Source of the DNA: Squalus acanthias
Taxonomy: Eukaryota
NCBI GenBank assembly: GCA_030390025.1
Contig: CM059431.1
Span: 133,240,001-133,304,000, forward strand
DNA: 64,000 nt
Reading direction: 5' to 3'
A program made the translations under genes and the position numbers. Positions 1 to 13,576 of this stretch are shown here, piece by piece; the stretch's first letter is position 1, and every line of letters begins with the position of its first letter. The notes below the pieces were generated by a model that had not been told where the DNA came from, ran no database searches, and worked only from the letters and a program-made list of their open reading frames with translations.

Positions 1-914
1 CCCAGGGGACGCATCGCACTAACTACGCCCCTGGGATACACAAGCACTGCGCTGCAGGAGGTCCAGGAGCTGAAGTCCCCGTGGGCCCAGAGGTCAACGG
101 CAGGCGCGGTAGGTAGGTGCGCGCGCGATCATTGCACCCGCGGGAAGCCAGGGAGCCTAGTATACAGTACTCACTTATAAAGGACAGAATTGGAGTCAGC
201 TGACTAATGTACCAAATACCAGTAAACATTAGTTAAGCTCCAACACAACTGAAGATCAAATTAGTATTGTACTAAAAAAAAAGGACATATCAACAATTTC
301 CACACTGTGCAAATGAAAATATGTTTCACAATTAATCAAAAAACATGTCTGGCTGTGGACTGCGACAAAAGGGGTGCACTATAAGCTATGTTAAATTAAA
401 ACAGAATCAACACAGTATTTTAGCATGGTATTTGTAGTTCCGCCGCCCCCCCCCCCACCCCCACCTGCCCCAGTTGGATGTGATTTAGTCAGTTAGTGTT
501 CAGTGAGAAATAGACAGTGCCATAATTGATCTCAGTTTCCAGCAGCACGTCTGATTAAAAAAGACTTCTCTCCGTTAGTCTCTATTTGATTTTTCAACCA
601 ACTGTTTTGTTAAAGACAAACATAGGAACAAGTCTATGCTATTTGGCCCATCAAGTCTGCTTCACCATTTTGTTAGGCAGCAAGAAATGTTGATGAGATT
701 ATAATAATAAATAATGCCTTTAACAATCACATGATCCAAGTCTTGCATTGTGATTGGCTGATATGTCACAGGTTTATCAGTAAATAATTGTCAAGTCACA
801 TACCCTATCCTTTCTGTGGTATGGCTAGCAAAGTATTGATATTTAAGTTATTTTGGCATCATCTAAAACTTTGAATTATGTGTTGTTAAGCTTGCGCCTT
901 GGAATGAACACACA

Positions 915-1170
915 TAGAATCATAGAATAGTACAGCACGGAAGGAGGCAATTCAGCCCGTCAAGTCTGTGCCCGCTCTTTCGAAGAGCAATCCAGTTAGT
1001 CCCACTCCCCCACTCTTTCCCTATATCCCTGTTATTTTTTCTCCTTCAAGTATTTATCCAATTCCCTTTTGAAGGCTACTATTGAATCTGTATTCACCAC
1101 CCTATCAGTGCATTCCAAATCCTAACCACTCGTTGCGTAAGTAAGTTTTTCCTCATGTCGCCTCTGGTTC
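915..1170 (-). mobile_element. CR1 (HER1-like) LINE 3' fragment
   Basis: Reverse complement of the CR1 3' end with (attctatg)n tail; same subfamily as 12432-13572 and 25178-25745. Confidence 0.85.
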
Positions 1171-1523
1171 ACCTTCCCCTCCACATGCATACAAAATATT
1201 ACAAATGACAAGGTAGTTTGCTTATATAACTGTCATTGCACTTCTAAAAAAAAAAAAATCATTCATTAGGTAAAAAGCACTTTGAGATGTTTTGATGTGA
1301 AAGGCACTCATATTGTTTAGTTCACTTGTCAATCTATTGAAGGCAAGCTTACATTTAGCATAAAAGTGGTGGCAATACATTAACAATTTATAACAGCAGG
1401 GAAAACAAAAAAAGTTGATTTTAATTCTATTCCGTACAATAAGTTTAAGTTTAGATATAAAAGAATCAGTGCTTCATGATCAATACTATGGGCACTTATT
1501 AAACCAGCTCACCATAAGGCTCA

Positions 1524-1757
<234 letters not shown>

Positions 1758-2299
1758 TCATCATACATTGTACTATGCAAGTCAAAATCAGAAACAGCTT
1801 GTCAATGACACATTCTAAACAATATTTCAAAAAAACAGCACTACTGGGTTAGGGAGGGAGAAAACAAATCAGTTGCTGATAGGTATTCAGTGACTCTGAT
1901 GGAAAGTGACTCTGATGGAAAGTAGTTATGTGTGGAAACAGGTTAAAACAGAATGAAGCATTATTGCAATGCTCCCTATGCTCAAACTCCCTCTCTGTCT
2001 AGGCTCACACAAAAAATTGTCCACTTGGGCAAGGTACCAGAGGGCATGTACTCTGAGTCAACACAGTCCTGAGGAGGAACAGACAACATTTGGGGAAAGG
2101 GAGATTTCTTTCCCCAGAAAAAAACACTTTGTTTTGGTTAATGCCATTAGTTATGCAAATTATTTTACTTAAAACACACCACACACAAAAAAGAACTGCA
2201 ACATGTTATGAACATTGCAACTTTTACTTGTTTTATGCTGCAATTCCACTTTACAACAAACTCATATCACAGCTCCTGATCTCCCAAGTTTATAGAACT

Positions 2300-2948
2300 A
2301 GCTCTCAAGTTAAAAAAGCACATGGGATACTTTCCTTTATTAGCCGAGGCATAGAATATAAGAGCAGGGAGGTTATGCTTGAACTGTATAAAACACTAAT
2401 TAGGCCACAGCTACAGTACTGTGTACAGTTCTGGTCACCACATTACAGGAAAGATGTGATTGCACTAGAGGGGGTGCAGAGGAGATTTACAAGGATGTTG
2501 CCGGGACTGGAGAATTTTAGCTGCGAGAAAAGATTGGATAGGCTGGGGTTGTTTTCTTTGGCACAGAAGGGAGACTTAATTGAGGTGTATAAAATTATGA
2601 GGGGCCTAGATAGAGTGGATAGGAAGGACCTATTTGCCCTAGGAGAGAGGTCAATAACCAGGGGGCATAGATTTAAAGTAACTGGTAGAAGGATTAGAGG
2701 GGAGTTGAGGAGAGCTTTTTTCACCCAGAGGGTGATGGGAGTCTGGACCTCACTGCCGGAAAGGGTGGTAGAGGCAGAAACCCTCATCACATTTAACAGT
2801 ACTCAGATATGCACCTGAAGTGCATATCCTACAGGGCTACGGACCAAGAGGTGGAAAGTGTGATTAGGCTGGATAGCTCTTTTTCGGCCGGCACAGACAT
2901 GATGGGCCGAATGGCCTCCTTCTGTGCCGTAAATGTCTATGATTCTAA
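2300..2948 (+). mobile_element. CR1 LINE 3' fragment
   Basis: ORF 2090..2818 gives the CR1 ORF2 C-terminus (LYKTLIRPQLQYCVQFWSPHY...FFTQRV), followed by the 3' UTR hairpin and tail. Confidence 0.92.
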
Positions 2949-3129
2949 GTGATCAAGGTCAACATGCATGAGTAGCTTGCTGCCTCATAAGTTTATAACC
3001 AGCAGAGTGGGGCTTCTGCCTGTCCCGGTGATTCTGCCCCAGCCCATATTCATTGCCCTGGTTTGCGCTTTACTGCATATCTGTGGTGGGATTCTGGCCA
3101 TCACGAGACCAAAGCCATCTGCAGCTAAG

Positions 3130-3946
3130 GGGGGAATTTTAACCTTAAAAAACGGGTGGGTTTGGAGCATGTGGGTAGTTAAATTGTTAAAAATGGGATT
3201 CCCGACCTGATCTTGCCTCCAAGCCGTCCACTTCCAGTTTTAACGGAGGCGGGACGGGGTGGGGGGGGTGCGGGCAACCAACCCGCTCCCAGAGAGGCGG
3301 AACGTCAATTTAAATATTATAATGAGGCTGGAAGCCTCTTTTTTAACCTCCATTCTGTTTTTAACTGCAATGTGACGGGTTTCACACAATTTGTGAAACC
3401 CGGTAGTTACGGCAAGGCGGGGACTACTGGATCCCGGAGGAAAGTGCCTTTATACCTACCTCCTGGATCCAGGGTCCCTGCCTGCGATTGAGACCCCTCA
3501 CGAGGCCTCCAATTGCCTTCCCAGGCCTCCCTCCCAGCGATGATGCTCAGGCCGGCCACGATCTTCCCTTCACCCCCACCCCGCAACAATCATCCGGCCC
3601 CGATCCTCTCTTCACTGCGGCCCCCCCCCCCCCCGAACCTCTGCCTGACCCCATATCCTCCCCCCACCCCTGCCGATCCATTTAACAGCCTGGCCTGACC
3701 CCCGATCCTCTACCCCCCCACACCCCGATCCATTTAACGGCCTGGCCCTCACGCGAACCCTCACTCCCTCCTCTGTTCAGTCGAAGGCCTACCTGCCCGC
3801 AGCCAGCCAGCCTCTCAATCTGGCTGGCTGCGGGCAGGTGGGAAACTGAGGTCTCGCATGCAAATCAGGCCCTACCGCTAAAGTCGGCAGGGCCTGCGGG
3901 AAACCTGGCCTCGGAGCCCCCCCCCCCCCCGCCAAAATTCCAGCCC
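3130..3946. mobile_element. Non-autonomous PIF/Harbinger-type element (MITE-like)
   Basis: Ends GGGGGAATTTT.../...AAAATTCCAGCCC; 3-bp AAG on both flanks (3127-3129, 3947-3949); GC-rich non-coding interior with C-runs. Confidence 0.7.
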
Positions 3947-4629
3947 AAGTGTCTGGGGCCGACTGGGGGTGGGATGGGAGGAGGCTGCTACCTGACCCTC
4001 TCCCTTCATTGGGAAAACTCTGGGTCTTTACCACTGCCTGCGGCCTACTGCTAACCCACGTCATGGCTCTGGGAGACAGTAGTAACTGGGGTGGAAATGG
4101 GGGTAATCTACCGAGGACCACCCCCCCCAAACGTCATTTGCACATCATAGGCAGAGAAAGGGTGACCAGCAGCGATCCTGACACAGGCAGAAGATAAATC
4201 ACCGTTGGAACTGAGAGGTTGCAGTAGAGCTCATCGTTTGAATTTTCCGTCATTCTCCACTGCGATCTTTAGGCGGGATCATGGAGGAGTATTCTCCTCA
4301 TATTTTATTCGGCTGCATTTCAGGACAGTTATTACTAAGTTGAATAAATGCTAATTACTTCCATTCATGAAAATTACCTCCAGCAAGAATTCCAGAAATG
4401 CTTTTTGTCCCAGTACAGAAATTTACAAATATATTTTAGAATAGCTTTAAAAATAAACTATTTCATTCCATACTCCCTGTAAGTTCATACCAACATATAC
4501 TTTAAAAATTGAAAACTTAAAAAAAAATACACAAGGTAAGCAGGAAGCAAATCTTGCAGTGAATTATGTTGCAATAATGTAACATGAGCAGTACAGGCCC
4601 TTCAGCATTTCCCTTACGTGACTATTCTT

Positions 4630-4862
4630 CAATTATACGTCTGGCAGTGAGTGCTAGAGGACAATTCCATCATGGAGGTTATGACAGACAAGCTTGACCC
4701 AGGCCTCAAACGGCCAATTTTTCCCATATAGAGGCCAACTGTAGGGCCACGCTGCTACTCTGGCTGAGATTGGGTACTCATCACATATCGAACTTGGGAC
4801 CTTCCTGGTCTGTACGTCCCAATGCCATAGTAATTGATACATTTGTCTACTGAATCATGGGG
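4630..4862 (-). mobile_element. Degenerate tRNA-related SINE
   Basis: Minus strand has a tRNA-like head with a B-box-like segment (cagaccaggaaggtcccaagttcgat); family not identified. Confidence 0.4.
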
Positions 4863-5927
4863 AATATTGGTGACAATTGTAACAAGCACATCTGTAGCAC
4901 CAGATGTTTTACAAACTTGCATTTTGTGGCACAGAAAAATTGCACAGGGATGCCAACAAGCATGTCAGAGAATTCCTATGATCTAATACATTCTCCAAGA
5001 TGCAATGGTTAAGTTGCATTTGTATTTCTATGTACAAGGGACAGAATTCAAGTAAACTATACTATTTGTTAGACTTCCACAGGTAGAAAAAGCAATACGT
5101 GAAGTGTTGCTGCGGGTGTTCCATAAAGACTTTTTAGATTGTTACAGAATGTCATAGTGTAGCTGCAACAGTGTGAGTTCCTGAGATAAATGCCAGCAAA
5201 CTTTACAGTGCTAGTCTGCTCATGATATTGTAGACAACTAACTGAACAATGCGTCTTCCACGCTCTAAGAAGTGGGTTTGGTATGCAGAAAGCGATCCCC
5301 AGCAAGTCCACTTGGCTTCAGACTACATTCAGTCCTGAAGCGAAGGAATATCAGTTTATCAACCATTTTCATCATTTGTTTTCACAGGTGCAGCTTGAAT
5401 ACAATTACCAAGCCTAGGGCAGAGCCATTTATATAGTAGGGGCAGGTGCCTGCACCAGTACCAGCAATACTGGAGTGCCCACTCCACAGAGCTGGAGGGT
5501 GGCACAGACCAGTCTAGTCGAAGATTGGATGTCCTCTAAAATACTGAGATCAACTGCCGCTTGAATATGACATTGTGGCGCCCACATATGGCCCTGAATG
5601 GCAAATATGCATGCCTCCTGTAAGCATGCTTACTGCTGACCGTAGAGGTTGGGTTTTCTGGGGAGCTTGTGATCCCATCAGACAAGGCCCTGAAAGTGAC
5701 ATCAGAACGGATTGTAAGATTGCCTGACTCCTCGCCATCGGAAATTTCTGGTGCAGATAGGAAAGGGCATAAACTGGTTACACTCTGATTTCCTTCCCTT
5801 CACTCAAAGTCCACCCCATTATTTATTAGAATTTCTAGGCTAGAGTTTCTAACTGTGCAGCTTTGAGCAACATTTTGGCCATACTTTCACAGCGGTGAAG
5901 GTCACACCACTGATCTGTCTACTTTCC

Positions 5928-5928
<1 letters not shown>

Positions 5929-5958
<30 letters not shown>

Positions 5959-5968
5959 ATATATATAT
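5929..5968. repeat. (TA)n(CA)n compound microsatellite
   Basis: Directly visible. Confidence 0.9.
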
Positions 5969-6049
5969 CCTGTATAAGATGGGGTCACCAGTAATGAAAT
6001 CAACATTTATGATGACATCCACCATATCACAGAAAATGAAAGGAGTGCA

Positions 6050-6872
6050 GAGCCAAGCACTCAATGTAACAACACTGAAGGGTATGGATGAACAGAGACA
6101 CCCTGGGGTTTAAATATGTAATTATTTGAAAGTGCAAGTGTCGGTAGATAGTGCCATAAAAAAGTGATAGCATTTTGGGTTTTATAAATGGGGCATACAA
6201 GAGGAAAGAGGTTATGATAAATTTGTATAAGGCAATGATTATCCACAGTTAGAGCATTATGCATATTTTTAAGGGTTGCATTATAGAGAAGTTAGAAGAA
6301 CTTTATACAGAGTTTTTGGATTACAGAATGCTTTGCTACAGGGAGCAGTTGAGACAGAGACCATTGCACCTATTAAAGCCATAGAGAGCATACAGAGTAG
6401 ATTCATCAATATGACGCTAGAGATGAAAATATCTCATTATGAGGAGAGAAATTGAGATACTGGGACTATTTCTACTGGAGCAGAGAACTTTAACAAGAGA
6501 TTTAAGAAAGGTTTTTAACATTATGAAGAGCTTTGATAGGGTGAATAGGGAAATACTATTTTCTTGGGTGCAGAGACAATGATGAGGGATCATCAATGTA
6601 AAATTGTCACTAAAGCAGTGGGGAGAGGGGTTAGGAGAAATGTCCTTTATAAAAAGTTGTTACAGCATGGAATGCTTTGCCATAAGGAGTAGTTGAGCCA
6701 GAGACCATTGCATATTTTAAAGGAAAAGTCGATAAATATTTGAAGCAGCAAAACATACATGGTTATGGGAAGAAAGCAGGGAAGGGGGAATTAGTTTTCG
6801 ATTGATTTAGCAAAGAGTCGGCACAGACAACTGGTTGGATGGCTTCCTTCTTTACTGTAAGATTCTATAGTT
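6050..6872 (+). mobile_element. Old, diverged CR1 LINE 3' fragment
   Basis: Recognisable but heavily mutated CR1 ORF2 C-terminus (LKGMDEQR..GV) and 3' UTR. Confidence 0.75.
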
Positions 6873-7014
6873 CTTTCTATCTATGTGTATATTACTCAGC
6901 TCCTTAGAGGTGGTAAAGTATTACTTTAGTGTTATACTAATCAGAGTTGTGCATTTGATTAGCTATTATCGCCCTTTGCACAAAGCCTCTACAAGTTTCT
7001 AAATGGCTTTAAAA

Positions 7015-7180
7015 TTACATTACATAGGATATACGGCACAGAAACAGGCCATTCGGCCCAACCAGTCCATGCCGGCATTTATGCTCCACTCGAGCCTCCT
7101 CCCGTCTTTCCTCATCTAAATCTATCAGCATAACCCTCTATTCCCTTTTCCCTCATATGCTTGTCTAGCCTCCCCTTAAA
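7015..7180 (-). mobile_element. CR1 3' tail fragment (separate subfamily)
   Basis: Reverse complement of ...gggccgaatggcctgtttctgtgccgtatatcctatgtaatgtaa; similar tails at ~25745-25795 and ~34200-34265. Confidence 0.75.
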
Positions 7181-7561
7181 AGGAAAAGCTAATTCATTTA
7201 ATTATAAGCTGTTCATTGCACAGGTACATCACTCACACACGCACTTAAGTGAAGATTTTTCTAGTATCATTTCCTTGCTGATGCAATTTACAAGCTGGAA
7301 TGAAAATTTCCCAACCATTAACTTGTCATCAACAGGGTCAGGGAATGTGCACAAACATTTTTATGGAGCACCCTGCTGGGAAACGTACAGTCAAACGTGT
7401 GTAGTGTGGTTTTTCTCTTTCTTAGTTTGTTCAGATATTTATTTTTGATAAATGCATAGGACAACACTAACATTAAGAATTTTAAACTGGTTAAAAATCA
7501 GACTTTTTATATAATGGAAGTCAAAGTGATTAATTGTCAAACAGTAGGTGCTTTTATTTAC

Positions 7562-7753
7562 CTTTTCATTTGCTCGGATTGTTAGATTCAGGTCCTTTAG
7601 AACAGGTTCACATTCTGGACTGTAGCAAAAGTTGACGTTTTCAAATACCACAGCTCCACGGATTGGCCAGCCATTGGGCGGGGGCTTTTTTGATTCCCAT
7701 GATGCTTCACTTTCAAGTTCAGTGTAGTCCAGTACTCTTTCCACTGAAGTCAT
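7562..7753 (-). CDS. ABCC4: ABCC4/MRP4-like coding exon (human exon 25 equivalent)
   Basis: 192 bp; ttgtag|ATG...AAG|gtaaat; MTSVERVLDYTELESEASWESKKPPPNGWPIRGAVVFENVNFCYSPECEPVLKDLNLTIRANEK. Confidence 0.95.
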
Positions 7754-8004
7754 CTACAAGAACAAAACAAAATTTAAAATTGCCATGAGGAATCTGACTG
7801 GCACAGTGTGTTAGACCACTTTCTTTCATACGAGATTTAACAAACTAGTTTGTTTGGAAGAAAACATCTATCTGCCAGCAGTGAGGGTCTAACGTGAAAT
7901 AAGTGTGGACAGTTATCACCCATTTTGCATAAAAATACCCACAATTCAGCACATCTATATAAATATTTATAGTATTAAAAATCTTACATTTGTGCGCACT
8001 TAAG

Positions 8005-8437
8005 TGGTAGCCTCGGATCATTGGTAGTACTCTCACCTCTGAGTTAGAAGATTGTGAGTTCAAGCCCCACTCCAGAGACTTCAGTACAAAATCTAGGTTG
8101 ACACGCCAGTGCAGAACTGAGGTAGTGCTGCACTGTCGGTGGTGCCGCCTTTCGTCTGCCCTCTCAGGTGGACGTAAAAGATGCCATGGCACTATTTCGA
8201 AGAGGAGCAGGGGAGCTCTCCTCGGTGTCCTGGACAATATTTATCCCTTAACCAACATAACTAAAACAGATCATCTGGTCATTATCTCACTGCTGTTTGT
8301 GGGACCTTGCTGGCAAATTTGCTGCTGCGTTCCTACATCACAACAGTGTCTACACTTCAAAAGTACTTAATTGGTTATAAAGCGCTTTGGGATTTACTGA
8401 GGTTGTGAAAGCCGCTAAATAAATGCAAGTTCTTTCT
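8005..8437 (+). mobile_element. DeuSINE (SacSINE1-like)
   Basis: tRNA-like head (ggtagtactctcacctctgagttagaag...gttcaagccc), Deu-domain core (gctgcactgtcgg...ggtggacgtaaaagat...atggcactatttcgaag) and L2-like tail. Confidence 0.85.
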
Positions 8438-8469
8438 CCTTACATTTGCCACACCAGCTCGCGCCCGGG

Positions 8470-9676
8470 AGATGATAATCAGGGAAAAAATTAGTCACTT
8501 GGACAAGTGTGGATTGATTAAGGAAGCCAGCACGGATTTGTAAAAGGCAAATCGTATTTAACTAACTTGTTCGAGTTTTTTGATGAGGTAACAGAGAGGG
8601 TTAATGAGGGCAATGCTGTTGATGTGGTGTACATGGATTTCCAAAAGGCGTTTGATAAAGTGCCACATAATAGGCTTGCCAGCAAAGTTGAAGCCCATGG
8701 AATAAAAGGAGCAGTGGCAGCATGGATACGAAACTGGCTAAGTGACAGGAAACAGCGAGTAGTGGTAAACGGTTGTCTATTGGACTGGAGGAAGGTAAAC
8801 AGTGGTGTTACCCAGGGGTCAGTACAAGGACCACTGCTTTTCTTGATATATATCAATGACTTGGACTTGGCTGTATAGGGCACAATTTCAAAATTTGTGG
8901 ATGACACAAAACTTGATGGTATAGTGAACAGTGAGGAGGATAGGGATAGATTTCAAGAGGAGATAGACAGGCTGGTGGAATGGGTGGACACGTGGCAGAT
9001 GAAGTTTAACGCAGAAAAGTGCAAAGTGATACATTTTGGTAGGAAGAACGAGGCGAGGCAATATAAAGTAAAGGGTACAATTCTAAAGCGGGTGCAGGAA
9101 CAGAGAGACCTGGGGGTAAATGTGCACAAATCGTTGAAGGTGGTAAGACAGGTTGAGAAAGCGGTTTAAAAAGCATACAAGATCCTGGGCTTCATAAATT
9201 GAGGCATAGAGTACAAAAGCAAGGAAGTTATGATGGGCCTTTATAAAACACTGGTTCGGCCTGAACTGGAGTATTGTGTCCAATTCTGGGCACCGTACTT
9301 TAGGAAGGATGTGAAGGCCTTAAGGGAGGGTGCAGAAAAGATTTACAAGAATGATTCCAGGGATGAGGGACTACAGTTACGTGGATAGACTAGAGAAGCT
9401 GGGGTTGTTTTCCTTAGGGCAGAGAAGGTTGCGAGGAGATTTGATAGAGGTGTTCAAAATCATGAGGGGTCTAGACAGAGTAGATAGAGAGAAACTGTTC
9501 CCATTGGCGGAAGGGTTGCGAACCAGAGGACACAGATTTAAGGTGATTGGCAAAAGAACCAAAGGCGACATGAGGAAAAACTTTTACGCAGCGAGTTGTT
9601 AGGATTTGGAATGTACTGCTTGAAAGGGTTCGACGGGCCAAATGGCTTCCTTCTGTGCTGTAATCATTCTATGATC
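8470..9676 (+). mobile_element. CR1 LINE, 5'-truncated, with stops and frameshifts
   Basis: RT motifs VYMDFQKAFDKVPH and QGSVQGPLLFLIYINDL in ORFs 8567, 8897 and 9330. Confidence 0.93.
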
Positions 9677-9855
9677 CTGGCATTAAAGTTACCTCAGAAG
9701 TATCTTTACTACGAAACCAATTCCAAAAATTAATCTGTGAATTATCAGTTGCAGGTAGGATTTAGGCAAACATTAGGACAACTCCAACCAAGCTATCAGC
9801 AACGAGTGGTCGGGGTAGGGAAAAACCTTCCCACATAATTCAAGCATGTCTCCAG

Positions 9856-10027
9856 AAATGTTCCCTGTAAACTGCGCTTTGTTCTGTGCGGCCTGTTCCT
9901 TTTAATGCACGGTCCCTTTAAATTTCTGCACATGCGCAGTATTTACAATGTAAAAGTTGGTGAGTGGCCTCCGTGGGACCTTTCAGATTACTGCCGGCCG
10001 CGTGTGTGCACCTTAGCAGGAACACTG
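9856..10027. mobile_element. hAT-superfamily MITE
   Basis: Imperfect TIRs (aaatgttccctgtaa / ttagcaggaacactg) flanked by a perfect 8-bp TSD GTCTCCAG (9848-9855, 10028-10035). Confidence 0.8.
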
Positions 10028-10119
10028 GTCTCCAGGTGAGTCAACCAACGTAATCTCATTGCTTTCCACCAAGTGAAGCCTCAAATTCACACTTAAGTGA
10101 AGCTGATATATCATATCTG

Positions 10120-10386
10120 ATTGAAAGGTAGGAGAGATAACTAAGGAGAGAGGATATTAAAGGGCGATTAGTCTAATGTCTTTCGTGGGGAAGTTGCTCG
10201 AATCTGTTATTAGGGACAGAGTTGCTGAGCAATTGGACAAATATGAACTGATCAGACAGAGCTAGCATGGATTTATAAAGGGTAAGTCATGCCTAACAAA
10301 CCTAGTTGAATATTTTGAGGTGGTAGCTAACATGGTAGATAAGGGAATGTCTATGGATGTTATTTATATGGACTTCCAGAAGGCAT
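10120..10386 (+). mobile_element. CR1 RT internal fragment
   Basis: Degenerate HGFIKGKSCLTNL...IYMDFQKA segment. Confidence 0.8.
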
Positions 10387-10395
10387 AAAATCATT

Positions 10396-12432
10396 GGCCT
10401 AGAAATTCAACTGCGCCACGAAAGTTGCGGGTGTCACCGTGGCCTCTGGTTAACGGCCACCGAAAATGGTTGGGCCGGTAGGAGAGAAAAATTTGCGCTG
10501 GGGAACTAAAGATTATTAGCTCAGCGCTGACCATGTAATGCCTTCCTGGTGCCGTTACTCCAGGCATCAGTCCCAAATGTGGCGCTGCATCGTCTAACAG
10601 CCTCTGGAAGTGAGGCTATGATTTCGCTAGGCATTGTGGGATATTAAAAGGGCATCAGCAGTGGGTTCAATCACAGCAAGAGTGCCTCATCAAAATAGCC
10701 ACTTTCTGGGGGAGAAATTTGGTATCGCCCCGTTTGGGGAGCTAAACTTTGAAATTGTGAAAAATTAGCGCCAGGTGCTAATGAGTCTGAGGTTTCCCTA
10801 AATTGGCTTCGAGTGCTCCTGGAAAGAGCTGGAGTGCTAAATCAAGCACTAATGGCATAAGCAGGGCGCTACAGGGGCACTATCAGCAGAGTGATAATGA
10901 ATTTCAGGTGCTGTGCAATCAGGAATGATCCTTCACACTGGCCCCTTCCAGCTCTTAAAGGGGAGGTTGCATCATTGTGCAGGCCCTCATTATCAGCATT
11001 GTTGGCTGTGAAGACGACCTGCAAGGAACTCAATCCCCTGATCGTGATGGCTGATCCCACTCCCAGGGAGAGAGCTCATCGTTTCATGGACGAGGCATTG
11101 GTCACGGGAGTGGAGCCAATCACTCACATACCAACAATCTGTACCAATCATGAAGCACACCTCCCATTCCTAGCTTCACCTCACCCCCTTGGAGGAGACG
11201 GTGCTGGCCATTCTTGGCAGGGGCATGGCTGAGCCCTTGGCCAGTGGCAGGGCTGAAAGGATACAAGATGCTGGTATCCTCATTCTTGCATGCACCTCTG
11301 GCTTCCCACCCTCCCCTCACCACTACTCCACCCTACTGCCTTGCTCATTTCACACACCCAAGAAATGCAGTCTGCCCAGGCGGCGGCGGAGGATGAGGAA
11401 GAAGAAACACCGTGATTCGATCCACACTCCCAGCCACCATCTCCTCAAGGTCGACCAGCAAGGCCATTTGCAGTGTCCTCCACCAGCCATGCTGCAGCCA
11501 CTGGGGTAGCACTGCATGGCATCAGTAGGATAGGCAAAGGCACACACAAGACAGTCACTAAGGGAATGCATAAGGGTGATGAGTTGATTTCTTGATGTCA
11601 TATTGGATGGCTAGATGTATAAAGTTGGATTGGAAAGTTTGCTTTGTGGTGGCTTTTATTTTAGCATTGTGGCCAAGAGGACGCTGTGATGGTCAGTAAC
11701 AAAGGGAAGGTAAGGTGTAGGACAAATATTGAAAGGGAAATTGGGGTTGTGGTCATTGGTACCGCAGGCGAATGATTCCATCCTGGATATCCTGCGAGAA
11801 AGGGGCTTTCCGGGTTGCATCCTTTCGTCTGCCTTCTGCAAGCGGGTGCTGTAAATCTGAACTAAAAGCATAAAATGCTGGAAATACTCAGCAGGTCAGG
11901 CAGCATCTCGACCTGAGATGTGAACTCTGTTTCTCTCTCAATGGATGTTGCCTGACCTGCTGAGTATTTGCAGCATTTTCTGTCTTCTCAGAGGCCTTCC
12001 TTTATCATCCAAGGCCTTGCAAGCGTCCAGCAGCACTCCCTGCACACTTAAAAAAAACTTTTAACATGTATTGCAGCAAGCCACTACTTCAAGAAAATCA
12101 AGTCCAAAAGCTTAAATGCAAACTTACCTGAAAGATGTGTGTGTCCCTTTAAGAGGTGCTGATAGCGCTGGGTTTTCATGGCGAGCTTAGGACCCAGTGC
12201 TGAACTCAGCGCTAAGGTCCAAGTTCGTCAAGGTGATGTTAAGTCGGCGTACGACATCACCCTCTCCCTAATTTAAATTTCCACAGCCATCGCTTTTACC
12301 AGCAGTGCTGCTGGCCCTCGGAAAATGGCGGACGCTGCGGGACCCGCCACCAGCTGGCGAAAGAGGGTACAGACGCTCTTTCACAACATTTTGACGGTAA
12401 CGGGTGGCGTAAACCACCCTAATTTTTAGTCC
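10396..12432 (+). mobile_element. Internally deleted PIF/Harbinger transposon (copy H1)
   Basis: TIR-like ends GGCCTAGAAATT / AATTTTTAGTCC; Myb-like ORF start MADPTPRERAHRFMDEAL at ~11047; exon-2-like LTPLEETVLAILG; 3' region homologous to 20690-20900. Confidence 0.75.
11872..11979. repeat. Fold-back element with 36-bp arms, probably derived from a Penelope-like terminal repeat
   Basis: aaaatgctggaaatactcagcaggtcaggcagcatc versus gatgttgcctgacctgctgagtatttgcagcatttt (2 mismatches). Origin is inferred. Confidence 0.7.
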
Positions 12433-13572
12433 ATAGAATCATAAAATATTACAGCACAGAAGGCGGCCATTCAGCCCATTGAGTCTGCGTCGGCACTTTC
12501 GAAGAGCAATACAGTTAGTCCAAATCCCCGACTCCTTCCCCAAATCCCTGTAATTTTTCCTCCTTCAAGTATTTATCCAATTTACTTTTGAAGGCTACTA
12601 TTGAATCTGTTTCCACCACCCCATCAGGCAGTGCATTCCAAATTCTAACTACACGTTGCGTAAAAGGTTTTTCCTCATGTCGCCTCTGGTTCTTTTGCCA
12701 ATTACCTTAAATCTGTGCCCTCTCATTATCGACCCTTCAGTCATTGGAAACAGTTTCTCTTTATTTATTCTATCTGAACCCTTCATGATTTTCAACGCCT
12801 CTATCAAATCTCCTCTTAGCCTTCTCTGCTTTAAGGAGAACAACCCCAGCTTCTCCAGTCTATTCATGTAACTGTATTCCCTCATCCCTGGAACCATTCT
12901 AGTAAATCTCTTCTGTACCCTCTTCAAAGCCTTCACGTCCTTCGTAAAGTGTGATACGCAGAATTGGATACAAAACTCCAGCTGGGGCCGAACTAGTGTT
13001 TTATATAGGTTTAGCATAACTTCCTGGCTTTTGTATTCTATGCCTCTATTTATAAATTCCATATGTTTTGTTAACAAATCAGTTAACCTGTCCTGCCACC
13101 TTCAAAGATTTATGCACAAACACACCCCAGGTTTCCCTCCTTAAAATTGTACCATTTAGCTTGTATTATATTCTTCCTACCAAAATGTATAACCTCACGC
13201 TTTTCTGCATTAAATTTCATCTGCCATGTGCCCGCCCATTCCACCAGCCTGTCTATGTCATCTTCTATTACTATTTTCCTCACTATTTACAATACTTCCG
13301 GGTTTCGTCTCATCTGCAAATTTCAAAATTGTGCCCTGGACCCCCAAGTCCAAGTCATTAATGTATAACAAAAACAGCAGTGGTCCTAGTACTGAACCCT
13401 GGGTGCACCACTGTATACCACCCTCCAGTCCGAGAAACAGCAATTCACTGCCTGTTTTCTATCCCTTAGCCAATTTTGTATCTATGCTGCTACTGCCCCT
13501 TTTATCCCTTGGGCTTCAATTTTGCTAACAAGCCTAATATGTGGTACTTTGTCGAATGCCTTTTGAAAGTCC
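12432..13572 (-). mobile_element. CR1 LINE 3' portion
   Basis: ORFs 12649..13077 and 13258..13443 (QGSVLGPLLFLLYINDL...KFADET). Confidence 0.93.
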
Positions 13573-13576
13573 AGAA

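Noticed and set aside
1891..1925. Short tandem duplications (also ~13889-13930, 36158-36198, 63612-63657)
   Set aside because: Two-copy 16-23 bp slippage-type duplications with no further structure.
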